A DNA stretch of 32,000 nt from NCBI RefSeq assembly GCF_001652585.1, contig NZ_LWLG01000002.1, forward strand, positions 180,001 through 212,000, in the 5' to 3' direction. Positions 7,273 to 15,910 of this stretch are shown piece by piece. Positions within the stretch are counted from its first letter, which is position 1. The number at the start of each line of letters is the position of its first letter. The translations under genes and the position numbers were made by a program. The stretch is from Thermosulfurimonas dismutans. Lineage in GTDB: Bacteria > Desulfobacterota > Thermodesulfobacteria > Thermodesulfobacteriales > Thermodesulfobacteriaceae. The notes beneath the pieces are model-generated. The model saw nothing but the letters and a program-made list of their open reading frames with translations, made no database searches and had not been told where the DNA came from.

Positions 7273-8097
7273 TTAGCCTAGAACCGGAATCTTCTTCAGG
7301 GCCAGTTTCAGGACATCGCGCCGGCTAGGAGCCTTGGCTTCCACCTCTTCCCAAGTGCGCTTACGAGGAGCAAAACGCTTGATAAGCAGTTCCAGATTCT
7401 TTTCTTTACCCATGAAGTAGACGTTGGGGCCAATTTTGACCACATCAGATTCCAAACGTCGGGCTTTTCCGCTTTTCACGAGCTTAGAGACTTCGGAGTT
7501 GGGATCTCCAAGATCTCCAAAGATACGGGCATCAGCGATACAGGTTTTTACACAGGCCGGTATCTCACCGTGTATGATCCGCTCGTAGCAGAAAGTGCAC
7601 TTGTCGGCCTTGGGTTCATCCAAGGTATCGTTGAGATACCGAGCCTTATAAGGACAGGCCTCTACACAGTTTCCGCACCCGAGGCAGCGCTCCTTATCAA
7701 TGAGAACCGCCCCGGTAAAAGGTTCTTTATAGGTGGCCTTGATCTCCATCTTAACGGTCTTTCCGGTCTTATAGCACTTGAACTCCCGCTCCTCGGGATC
7801 CGCCGGACACACCTCCACACATACCGGCCGGTCACAGTGGTTACACAAACCCGGAAAGAAGGTGAAGGCCAAGCCCTTGCTGGTCCGTTCAGGTCCCAGT
7901 CTTAAAACCCAATTACGGCGATAATCGCCCCCTTCTGCCGAGACCGTCTGAAGCCAGTCGTTGTAATCCTTAATAAAGGAATAACCGTCATAGTTCGGAT
8001 TTACCGGAACCTGCCATTCGGCCCGGCAGGCCACGGCACAGGCATGACACCCCACACACCGATCTAGATCTATGACCATAGCCCATTGGTGCTTCAT
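7273..8097 (-). CDS. 4x[4Fe-4S] electron-transfer subunit of a molybdopterin oxidoreductase (PsrB/PhsB/DmsB family)
   Basis: Cys groups CVGCHACAVAC, CNHCDRPVCVEVCP, CLGCGNCVEACP, CTFC...ACVKTC. It has no signal peptide of its own, so it may be exported with the Tat-signal-bearing A subunit. AAGGAGGT SD. At 274 aa it is larger than typical PsrB, with insertions and a basic C-terminal tail. Confidence 0.85.
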   Translation of the reverse strand: MKHQWAMVIDLDRCVGCHACAVACRAEWQVPVNPNYDGYSFIKDYNDWLQTVSAEGGDYRRNWVLRLGPERTSKGLAFTFFPGLCNHCDRPVCVEVCPADPEEREFKCYKTGKTVKMEIKATYKEPFTGAVLIDKERCLGCGNCVEACPYKARYLNDTLDEPKADKCTFCYERIIHGEIPACVKTCIADARIFGDLGDPNSEVSKLVKSGKARRLESDVVKIGPNVYFMGKEKNLELLIKRFAPRKRTWEEVEAKAPSRRDVLKLALKKIPVLG

Positions 8098-8109
8098 TTT
8101 CTACCTCCT

Positions 8110-10416
8110 TTAACCCTTCTTGATTTCAAACCGAGGAATTTCATTAGGTACCGGGCGAAGCTCCGGAATATTCAAAACCTTACCGTCTTTCACGATCCGG
8201 ACAAAATTCGTCCGGTGGCTCGAGGCTCCCATAAAGGGATCCTGTACGTAGTAGGTAATCAGAAATTGATCACTAGCCCCCTTCTTGTAAGCCCGGGAAA
8301 GCTTGGGAGAAAGGCTTCCAAAACCGTGAGGGAGATAGATGCAGTCCGGCCGGATACCCGGAGTGACCTTGGCCTTGACCGGGAAGGAACGCTTACCGTC
8401 CTGGTTTTCAAGGATGATTTCGTCACCATCTTTGATGCCGATTTTGGCCGCCACTTCATCGTTTATCCAGGCGTGGTTTTCAGGCCATTCGTGGTGAAGC
8501 CACTCGTTGTTCATAGTCCGGCTAAAGGTATGCACTGGCACACGACCGTAAATGAGACGGGCATAACCCTTGGGAGGCGCCGGCGTGGGTTCGAACTTAG
8601 GCACCGGCGAAAAGTCTTCATCTGCAAAGTCTTCGATGGTCAAATGAACTTTGAAGCCCTTTTCACCAAAGATATTCTTGAAATTCTCACGATCATAGGC
8701 TCCCTTGGCCGGGAGGACCACCAGCCCCCCTTCCTCCCTGAGCTTTTCCAAAGTAAGGTTGAGGCCTTTGAGCTTTTCGTTGATGATCTCTTCTTCCGAC
8801 TCCGCGTGGAAGATATCAAAACCCATACGCTTGGCCAGTTCCTTGGCTACCCAGAAAGGCGGTTTAGCCTCTCCCAGAGGTTCCACGGCCGGCTGACGCA
8901 CAGTCACAAAACACTCTGGAAGACCGTCATAAGTATAAACATCATCGTAACGTTCGAGATAAACCGCATCCGGCAGAACGATATCAGACCAAAGGGCCGT
9001 TTCCGTAGGCAACATCTCTAAGGAGAACACGAAGTCCAGCTTTTTAAGGGCTTCCATCGTCTGATAGGGATTGGGGATAGTCTGAAGAATGTTTACCCCG
9101 CAGATACCCCAGGCCTTAATGGGATAGGGTTCCCCCGTAATAGTGGCCCGGATGATCTCATGGGTGGGATTCCCAGGCAAAGGCCCCGCAAAGGGATATT
9201 TTTCCTTGAGGGGCTCGTCAGACTCCTTCGGCTCCATCTCCTTCACAGAATGTACGTGTCCCAAAGAGATAGGCGTGGGGAAGTAGAGCCCTCCTGGAGT
9301 TCCGATACCACCAAAAAGGGCCGCCAAGATGGCCAAGGCCTGATGCCTATATACGTCTCCCTTACCATACCAGGTGGAGTGCCGCCCCGGATGGATGCAG
9401 ACATGGGGCTTAGCCTCCGCAAGCATCTTGATGGCCGCCTCAATGTCTTCCTTCTTGAGGTCACATATCTTGGCCGCCCAATCCAGGGTATAGTCCTTAA
9501 CGGCTTCCTTAAGCTCGGAAAAGCCTTCACAATATTTGTTCACAAACTCCTTATCGTAGAGCTCGTGCTTAATCACATAATTGATCCAGGCTAAAAGCAA
9601 CGCGGTATCCGTTCCTGGACGGATAGGGAGCCAGATATCGGCCTTACCGGCAGCCACTGAAAACCGAGGATCAACCACCACCAGTTTGGCTCCCTTAGAA
9701 AGTCCACCAACGAAATCCATTACATGAGATACATGAACGTTCTCACCAATGTGGGAGGCCACCAGCAACATGGCCTTAGCATTGGCCATGTCGGTGTACT
9801 GCATAGTCCCAGAGGTGAGATATCCCATGGTGGAAATGTAGGCTATGGCCACCGGCCCCACACACTGGAAAAACGCGGGCTCATTGGAGTAATTTTCCGT
9901 ACCAATGGCCTTGAAGATCTCCCGCAGAGGTTCCGCCGAAGCCCCATGATCAAAATAAGCAATAGCATGCGGTCCGTATTTATCTTTGACTTTCTTGAGG
10001 TTATAGGCCACCTCGTCCAAGGCTTCGTCCCAAGAGATCTTCACAAACTTACCTTCCCCTCTAGCTCCCTTTCTCTTCAAAGGATGGAGCACACGGTCAG
10101 GATCATAGAGCAACTTCACACCCGAGTTACCACGGGCACAAACCCGGGCCTTGTCGCCCCGACCATTGGTGGGACTCTTAGGGTTACCCTCAATCTTGAC
10201 CACCTTGCCGTTCTTGACCTTGGCCACAATAGGACAGCGCCAGAAGCACATCTCGCAGACCGAAGTTACCTCCTTGGCCCCTAGACTTCCCGGAAGCTCC
10301 CCACCCGTATCGCAATGGGCATAAGCCTTCTTAAAAAAGCTTCCGGATCTGAGATCCATAGTGGCCAGAGCCAAAGAGGCCCCTGCCGAAAGCTTAAGAA
10401 AATCTCTTCTCTTCAT
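8110..10416 (-). CDS. Tat-exported molybdopterin oxidoreductase catalytic subunit (PsrA/PhsA-like polysulfide/thiosulfate reductase family)
   Basis: The track starts at TTG 10422. ATG 10416 has GGGAGGAGG 6 nt upstream and gives MKRRDFLKLSAGASLALA...AYA, a Tat signal. The N-terminal Fe-S motif CEMCFWRCPIVAKVKNGKVVKIEGNP is very similar to PsrA/PhsA. Length about 768 aa. No in-frame TGA. Confidence 0.85.
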   Translation of the reverse strand: MKRRDFLKLSAGASLALATMDLRSGSFFKKAYAHCDTGGELPGSLGAKEVTSVCEMCFWRCPIVAKVKNGKVVKIEGNPKSPTNGRGDKARVCARGNSGVKLLYDPDRVLHPLKRKGARGEGKFVKISWDEALDEVAYNLKKVKDKYGPHAIAYFDHGASAEPLREIFKAIGTENYSNEPAFFQCVGPVAIAYISTMGYLTSGTMQYTDMANAKAMLLVASHIGENVHVSHVMDFVGGLSKGAKLVVVDPRFSVAAGKADIWLPIRPGTDTALLLAWINYVIKHELYDKEFVNKYCEGFSELKEAVKDYTLDWAAKICDLKKEDIEAAIKMLAEAKPHVCIHPGRHSTWYGKGDVYRHQALAILAALFGGIGTPGGLYFPTPISLGHVHSVKEMEPKESDEPLKEKYPFAGPLPGNPTHEIIRATITGEPYPIKAWGICGVNILQTIPNPYQTMEALKKLDFVFSLEMLPTETALWSDIVLPDAVYLERYDDVYTYDGLPECFVTVRQPAVEPLGEAKPPFWVAKELAKRMGFDIFHAESEEEIINEKLKGLNLTLEKLREEGGLVVLPAKGAYDRENFKNIFGEKGFKVHLTIEDFADEDFSPVPKFEPTPAPPKGYARLIYGRVPVHTFSRTMNNEWLHHEWPENHAWINDEVAAKIGIKDGDEIILENQDGKRSFPVKAKVTPGIRPDCIYLPHGFGSLSPKLSRAYKKGASDQFLITYYVQDPFMGASSHRTNFVRIVKDGKVLNIPELRPVPNEIPRFEIKKG

Positions 10417-10972
10417 GGACAACCTCCTCCCGCAGTCTATTTGTAATTACCGAAACCAGTTCCCCTAAAGCCCTGTAAAAGGGCTTGGGCTCAGCTTGTT
10501 TCAAGGCCAACAAAAACCGGGGATACCATTTCAAAAAGTGGTCTTCAAGGAAACCCCGAAGCAAGTCTTTACGATTTTCTTCCAGAAGCAAGGCCATAAA
10601 AGCCAGTTCATAGGCCACATGATCAGCAAAGTCACCATCCTCCACCGGCTCATAGCCGGCCTCGCGATAAAAGGCTAGGGCCTGATCATAACCTTCACCC
10701 TTGAGACGCCTGTCAGAAGAAAGATAAACCGAGGCATATGGAGGAGCTGGAGTACGGTAAGGAGAAGTAATGAAAAGTCGGGTATATTCGACTTTGAGTT
10801 CCTCTAAATCTTCCACCCGAAAATCTCCGTTAAGATCTAAACCAGCTTTTCGGGAAAGGGCCTGAAGATAGGAGATTAGGCTCAAAAAGCCCTCTTCTTC
10901 TGGATAGAGGAAGGCTTCCGCCAACATTCTCAGATCTTCAGGCCCAAACATAGCGGGTTCCCATTTAAACAC
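10394..10972 (-). CDS. TorD/DmsD-family redox-enzyme maturation chaperone
   Basis: About 190 aa with EYTRLF...PYASVY blocks typical of the TorD family. It sits immediately upstream of, and overlaps by 23 nt, the Tat-dependent molybdoenzyme gene. The start is uncertain: GTG 10972 or ATG 10951. Confidence 0.7.
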   Translation of the reverse strand: MFKWEPAMFGPEDLRMLAEAFLYPEEEGFLSLISYLQALSRKAGLDLNGDFRVEDLEELKVEYTRLFITSPYRTPAPPYASVYLSSDRRLKGEGYDQALAFYREAGYEPVEDGDFADHVAYELAFMALLLEENRKDLLRGFLEDHFLKWYPRFLLALKQAEPKPFYRALGELVSVITNRLREEVVHEEKRFS

Positions 10973-11123
10973 AGATTAGTGCCAAAAGCAAATTCAAATA
11001 ACATTTATAGAAACTTTCCACTCAAATTTTTAGGTTTTAAATCTTTATTTTTATCCCAAAAATTATTTTTTTCTTTCTTTTAAAAAGTTTTTAACTGAAA
11101 GGAAATCAAAATTAATAAAAAAT

Positions 11124-11141
11124 TGGAAATTATAATTTCCA
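11124..11141. promoter_or_regulatory. Perfect 18-bp palindrome (candidate operator) in the divergent control region
   Basis: TGGAAATTATAATTTCCA is its own reverse complement. TATAAT sits at its centre (11131-11136). It lies 62 nt upstream of the livG ATG inside a 230-bp AT-rich intergenic region. Confidence 0.4.
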
Positions 11142-11202
11142 TGCAATAAAGTGTAGTTCTTAGGCCTTGTAAAAGGACTCTTTTTCTGCTTTTTATACGG
11201 AC

Positions 11203-11970
11203 ATGAGTTTTATACTAGAGGTAAAAAACTTAACCAAAAGGTTCGGAGCTCTTAAGGCCGTAAATGGACTTTCTTTCCGAGTTCGACAAGGAACCATTTC
11301 AGCCCTTATTGGGCCTAATGGTTCAGGAAAATCCACCACCTTTAACCTCATCACCGGCCATCTCAAACCCGACAGCGGTACTATCTTATTCGAAGGGCAT
11401 CACCTAGAAGGTCTTCCGGCGGAAGAAATCGCACGTCTCGGAATTGCTCGCACCTTCCAAACCCCTCAGATCTTCACACACCTTACGGTGCTCGAAAACG
11501 TCCTTCTTTCTGTATATCAAAGGAAACGTCCGGGGCTTCTCAGTTCCCTTTTGCGTCTCCCTAACTTCTTCAAAAAGGAAAAAGAGGCGCAAGAAGAAGC
11601 CTTTGTTTATCTGGAAAGATTTTTCTTGGCCGATGAAGCCCATCGACCGGCGGAGGGCCTTCCTCTAGGCAAACTCCGCCATCTGGAGCTGGCCCGGGCC
11701 CTGGCCTTAAAACCTAAACTTCTTCTCCTGGATGAGGCGGCCTCGGGGCTTGATCCCCGCGAAAAGATCGATCTGGCCGAGGCCCTAACTTCTCTACCAC
11801 AAGAAGGGATCACCCTTTTTTGGGTGGAACATGATCTCAATCTCCTTATGGAAGTAGCCGAGGAAGTCATCGTGCTCGACCAAGGGGAAAAAATTGCCGA
11901 GGGGCCGCCGAGGGAGATTCAAAGAAATCCCCGAGTTATTCAGGTATATTTAGGAGAGGAACATGCTTGA
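11203..11970 (+). CDS. livG: Branched-chain amino-acid-type ABC transporter ATP-binding protein (LivG-like)
   Basis: ILEVKNLTKRFGALKAVNGLSF, Walker A GPNGSGKST, LSGGxx-equivalent region, Walker B LLLLDEAASGL. 255 aa, typical of LivG. Confidence 0.85.
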   Translation: MSFILEVKNLTKRFGALKAVNGLSFRVRQGTISALIGPNGSGKSTTFNLITGHLKPDSGTILFEGHHLEGLPAEEIARLGIARTFQTPQIFTHLTVLENVLLSVYQRKRPGLLSSLLRLPNFFKKEKEAQEEAFVYLERFFLADEAHRPAEGLPLGKLRHLELARALALKPKLLLLDEAASGLDPREKIDLAEALTSLPQEGITLFWVEHDLNLLMEVAEEVIVLDQGEKIAEGPPREIQRNPRVIQVYLGEEHA

Positions 11971-12697
11971 AGTTCAGAACTTACACCTGAGCTACGGGAA
12001 ACTGAAAGTCCTTTCGGGTATCTCTTTCCATGTAAAAAGAGGAGAAATTGTCTGTCTTCTAGGAAGCAACGGAGCCGGAAAAAGCAGTCTCCTTTTAACC
12101 TTGATTGGTATCAACAAACCTCAAGAGGGAAAAATCATTTTTGAGGGCGAAGACATCACCGGAGTCTCTCCTCAAAAGATAATTTGTAAGGGTCTAAGTC
12201 TGGTGCCTGAAGGACGGCAAATCTTTTACCCTTTAACTGTGGAAGAAAACCTCGAACTTGGGGCCTATCACCGTTTCAGAAAAGAAAGCAAAAAGGCCAT
12301 CTATGCCGATCTTGAAAGGGTTTACGAACTTTTCCCTCGGCTAAAAGAACGACGTAAACAGAAGGCCGGGACCCTCTCCGGGGGAGAACAACAGATGCTG
12401 GCCTTAGGAAGGGCTTTTATGGCTAGGCCGCGACTCCTTCTCCTGGATGAGCCTTCTCTAGGGTTAGCCCCCAAAATCGTAGATCTCATTATGCAAACCA
12501 TCGTGAGGTTGAACCAGGAAGGCCTTACGGTCTTGCTGGTGGAGCAGAATGCCCGCAAGGCCCTCTCCATAGCTCATCGAGCTTACGTGCTTGAAACTGG
12601 GCATATAACCCTCCAAGGATCGGCCGAGGAACTACTAAACGACGAAGAGGTTAAGAGGGCCTATCTCGGAAAGGATTATCGAGAGTTTACGGATTAA
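11963..12697 (+). CDS. livF: Branched-chain amino-acid-type ABC transporter ATP-binding protein (LivF-like)
   Basis: Walker A GSNGAGKSS, signature LSGGEQQML, Walker B LLLLDEPSLGLAP. It overlaps livG by 8 nt (ATGCTTGA). Confidence 0.85.
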   Translation: MLEVQNLHLSYGKLKVLSGISFHVKRGEIVCLLGSNGAGKSSLLLTLIGINKPQEGKIIFEGEDITGVSPQKIICKGLSLVPEGRQIFYPLTVEENLELGAYHRFRKESKKAIYADLERVYELFPRLKERRKQKAGTLSGGEQQMLALGRAFMARPRLLLLDEPSLGLAPKIVDLIMQTIVRLNQEGLTVLLVEQNARKALSIAHRAYVLETGHITLQGSAEELLNDEEVKRAYLGKDYREFTD

Positions 12698-12708
12698 AGG
12701 AGGGCTGA

Positions 12709-13932
12709 ATGTCCACGGAAAAGGTGGAATATCTTTCCAAAGAAGAATGGCAACAATGGCATACGGAGCTCTTACAGAGCACTTTAAATCGTCTTTATCA
12801 CCGAGTCCCATTTTATCGGGAAAAGTTTGAAGCCTTAGGGATTCTCCCCGAGGATCTCAAAAGCCCGAAAGACCTGGCTCGTTTTCCCTTAACCACCCGA
12901 GAAGACCTCTCGGCCCATTATCCTTATGACCTCTTTGCAGTTCCTTTACGAGATATCGTGAGACTCCATTCCTTGCCCTGGCTTCCCAACCCTATCGTCA
13001 AAGGCTTCACCTTACAGGATGTAGAAAACTTGAAAAAGTTAAACATCCGTTTCCTATCGACTTGTGGACTTACCCCGGAGGATATCCTTTTCATTACTCT
13101 AGAACCCGGGATGGGGGTCTGGATAGAAGAAATAAAAGAGGCCGCCGAAATTATTGGAGCCACTGTTATTCCTCCCGAGCCCAGAAGTCCGGAGTTAAGC
13201 CTGAGGATTCTTAAAGATTTTCGGGCCACGGTATGGGTTAGCACGCCTTCTTTGGTATTGCATTTCATGAAAGTGGCTGAAGAAAAGGGCCTCCTTCCCC
13301 CAGAAAGCTTGCGATTGATCATTTTGGTAGGCGAAGGCCTCAAGACCTCGGATAGGGCCCGAATTGAAGAGTTCTTTGGGGCCGAAACTCGTCTGGGCTA
13401 TGGCATTGCGGAAGTCTTTGGACCTGGCATGGCCTACGAATGCGAGGCCCAAAACGGTCTTCACCTGGCTACGGATTACCTTTATCCTGAAGTCCTTGAT
13501 CCCGAAACCGGAGAACCGGCAGAAGAAGGTGAATTGTTATTAACTACCCTTAAGGTCAGAGCTAATCCCCTCCTGAGATTTCGGACCGGAGACAAAGTGC
13601 GCCTAACCTGGGAGCCCTGTAGCTGTCGTAGAACGACTCCGCGACTACTCGCCATAGAAGCTCAGGGGCAGGATCGACTATCCTATCGGGGAGTAAAAAT
13701 CCATCTTCGGGTACTTGAGGGCCTAATGCTCAAAGTGTTCGGCTTAAAACCGCAGTATCGCCTGAAACTTACCGGTAAGGACCCAGCCACCGAACTCAGG
13801 CTCGAGATCGTAATGGAAGAAAAACTCTTTTTGCCCAGCATAGTCGAGCTCCATGAAGAAGCCCATCGTTTTGAAAGGGCCTTCTTTGAATTCTTTGGCA
13901 TTCCTTGTCGGGTAAAATGGGTGGAAAGTTAA
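12709..13932 (+). CDS. Phenylacetate-CoA-ligase (PaaK)-like adenylate-forming family protein, degenerate
   Basis: PaaK-like N-terminus (VPFYREKFEALGILPEDLKSPKDLARFPLTTREDLSAHYPYDLFAVPL). YGIAEVFGPGMAYEC and LLRFRTGD are retained. The SSGTTGKP phosphate loop is replaced by SLPWLPNP (12970-12993). AAGGAGGG SD. Confidence 0.7.
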   Translation: MSTEKVEYLSKEEWQQWHTELLQSTLNRLYHRVPFYREKFEALGILPEDLKSPKDLARFPLTTREDLSAHYPYDLFAVPLRDIVRLHSLPWLPNPIVKGFTLQDVENLKKLNIRFLSTCGLTPEDILFITLEPGMGVWIEEIKEAAEIIGATVIPPEPRSPELSLRILKDFRATVWVSTPSLVLHFMKVAEEKGLLPPESLRLIILVGEGLKTSDRARIEEFFGAETRLGYGIAEVFGPGMAYECEAQNGLHLATDYLYPEVLDPETGEPAEEGELLLTTLKVRANPLLRFRTGDKVRLTWEPCSCRRTTPRLLAIEAQGQDRLSYRGVKIHLRVLEGLMLKVFGLKPQYRLKLTGKDPATELRLEIVMEEKLFLPSIVELHEEAHRFERAFFEFFGIPCRVKWVES

Positions 13933-15279
13933 TCAAAGATAGGGTTTTAAAGGCTCAAGAATCCTAACCTTTACCCAGTGGGGATCGAGCCACTCAATAG
14001 GATTCACGAAAACTCCCTGAACGATGACTGAAAAATGCAAATGATCCCCTCCGGCGAGGCCGGTAGTGTCGGTGTGACCAATAATCTGACCGCGTTTCAC
14101 ATCCGCTCCCGGAGAAATCTCTAGCCCGGCTAAATGAGCATAAAGCGTATAAAGCCCTAGACCATGATCAATGATGACGGTGTTCCCGTAAATTCCAAGA
14201 TAGTCGGCGAAAACAACTCGCCCATCGGCAGCCGCCGGAACCGGACTTCTAGCCACCGAGGCCAGATCTAACCCCAGATGCCAGGCCGAAGAGACTTTGC
14301 GGCCTTTATAGTAGTAGGTACGAAACTCCCCAAAATCGGACCTCTTGGCCGAATGGGGAAGAGGAAGCATGGCCCCTTTAAGGGTGAAAGTATTTTCAGA
14401 AGCCCGGGAAGTAATCTTGGCGATCATTTGATTGTTTTCCGACCGGAGGGTCTGGTTTACCCAGATAAAGGTCTCTATAAGAGAAGCTTTCTGAGCTTCA
14501 GGATATCTGGAAATAAATTCCGGCATCTTACGAGAGAGAAAACCATCGCTTATCCGCATCTTGAAGGAAGTGTAACGTCTCTTTTGGAGATAATAATTGA
14601 CCGGTATCTCCAAGGCGTTGCCAGCCTTATCTTCCGCATAAATAACAAAACGGCGGACATTTTTATCTTCAACGGGCAAAGCCACCAAACCGGCATAAAC
14701 GCCATTCTTTAAGGGATATCCCATGAAAAAGTGGTCGTTCACAAAAATGCCGCTTTTGCTAGGTTGTTCATTTAATTTGTAAAGTACAAGAGCCGAGCCT
14801 CCGCGGGCAATATAGATCGTCCCACTAAGCAACGTGATCCTGGGAGGGGTGAGATCGAGTTTTATCTTGAGCCTCTTTTCCGTAAGGTTACCCTTTAAAC
14901 CTTCACGCCAAGAGGCGTCTCTAACCTTCACCAGGAGATAGGCCTCCCCTTCCCTGAGACCGAGTTTGAGGGGCTCAACCTCAAAGGGCCAGCTCTTCTC
15001 TTTGACTTTGGAACCCTTGAGGAAAGTCACCGAAAAACTTTCCTTTTTCAGGAGAACCTGACTTTCTCCCTGGATCAAAGCTACCTCGATCTCCCTGAGA
15101 CCCGAACGAACGTCTTTGGCATAAACCGTAAAAGACAACTTCCGGCCCGCCGTTTCAGGGAGCCCGGAAACTTGGACCTCAGGAGAGTGAGCTTCAAACT
15201 TGACCAGAAAGAGGAAAGAACCCCCGGCTACAAGCATTAAGACCGTCAGAAGAATCAAAGCTTTAAACACGATTCTCAT
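13933..15279 (-). CDS. M23 (LytM-type) metallopeptidase with N-terminal membrane anchor
   Basis: N-terminal TM helix (ALILLTVLMLVAGGSFLFLV). The C-terminal M23 domain has HLGLDLA...GDHLHFSV (HxxxD and HxH zinc motifs). Confidence 0.85.
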   Translation of the reverse strand: MRIVFKALILLTVLMLVAGGSFLFLVKFEAHSPEVQVSGLPETAGRKLSFTVYAKDVRSGLREIEVALIQGESQVLLKKESFSVTFLKGSKVKEKSWPFEVEPLKLGLREGEAYLLVKVRDASWREGLKGNLTEKRLKIKLDLTPPRITLLSGTIYIARGGSALVLYKLNEQPSKSGIFVNDHFFMGYPLKNGVYAGLVALPVEDKNVRRFVIYAEDKAGNALEIPVNYYLQKRRYTSFKMRISDGFLSRKMPEFISRYPEAQKASLIETFIWVNQTLRSENNQMIAKITSRASENTFTLKGAMLPLPHSAKRSDFGEFRTYYYKGRKVSSAWHLGLDLASVARSPVPAAADGRVVFADYLGIYGNTVIIDHGLGLYTLYAHLAGLEISPGADVKRGQIIGHTDTTGLAGGDHLHFSVIVQGVFVNPIEWLDPHWVKVRILEPLKPYL

Positions 15280-15331
15280 ATGGTTGCCTTCCGCCTACCC
15301 ATTTTAGGATTTTTAAACTATAACAATAAAC

Positions 15332-15910
15332 ATGAAAAAGGAAAGTCGCACATTCTATCTCCTTCTAATTTTGATAGGACTTTCCAGTTTAGCCTTCAAG
15401 TTTCCAGATTTCAAAGCCCCGGAGATGCCCCCTTATGTCAAATACCGACTTTCAAAACTTCCTCTCATTGGGCGTTTTGTAGAACCTCCCCCTCCACCGG
15501 AAAAGGAATACCTTGAAACCAAACAACTGATGGAAGAGCTTAGTCGAGCCCGAGCCGATCGTTACGCCCCTGAGCTTTACAGTCAGATCCAAAAAAAATG
15601 GAAAAGGGCCGAGGAATATTACCACACTGGACATTACGACTGGGCCGAGATCTATTTTGATAAAATCCGCAAACTCTCTCAGGAAGCCTTAAGCAAGGCT
15701 CGAACCATCCGTGAAAAAAAGAAAAAAGCCGCCCTGGCAGTCCTTAAAAAAATGCGGTCTTCCTATGAAAGCCACAAGAAAAAGCTACCCTTTGAGAAGA
15801 GGCTGAAGATAGAACTCGTTCTCTGGCGTCTTGAGACCCTGATCGAACTCGAAGAATTCGATCTGTTCGCGACCGAAGCCCAGGAAGCCCAAAAAAACTA
15901 CCATCTTTAA
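15332..15910 (+). CDS. Hypothetical secreted Lys/Glu-rich coiled-coil protein
   Basis: Signal-peptide-like N-terminus MKKESRTFYLLLILIGLSSLA, a PPPPPEKE run, then highly charged helical sequence. I recognise no family. Confidence 0.55.
   Translation: MKKESRTFYLLLILIGLSSLAFKFPDFKAPEMPPYVKYRLSKLPLIGRFVEPPPPPEKEYLETKQLMEELSRARADRYAPELYSQIQKKWKRAEEYYHTGHYDWAEIYFDKIRKLSQEALSKARTIREKKKKAALAVLKKMRSSYESHKKKLPFEKRLKIELVLWRLETLIELEEFDLFATEAQEAQKNYHL

Noticed and set aside
8086-9021. 311-aa plus-strand ORF, plus smaller ones at 9160-9594 and 9724-10284
   Set aside because: Antisense to the clearly recognisable PsrA/PhsA-like gene. The sequences are Arg/Leu/Pro-rich with no motifs or SD. They are shadow ORFs typical of roughly 50% GC coding DNA.
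8110-10422. Possible selenocysteine (in-frame TGA) in the molybdopterin oxidoreductase, given selB in the window
   Set aside because: The ORF is uninterrupted from the Tat signal to the stop codon. There is no in-frame TGA, and the protein looks like Psr/Phs rather than formate dehydrogenase.
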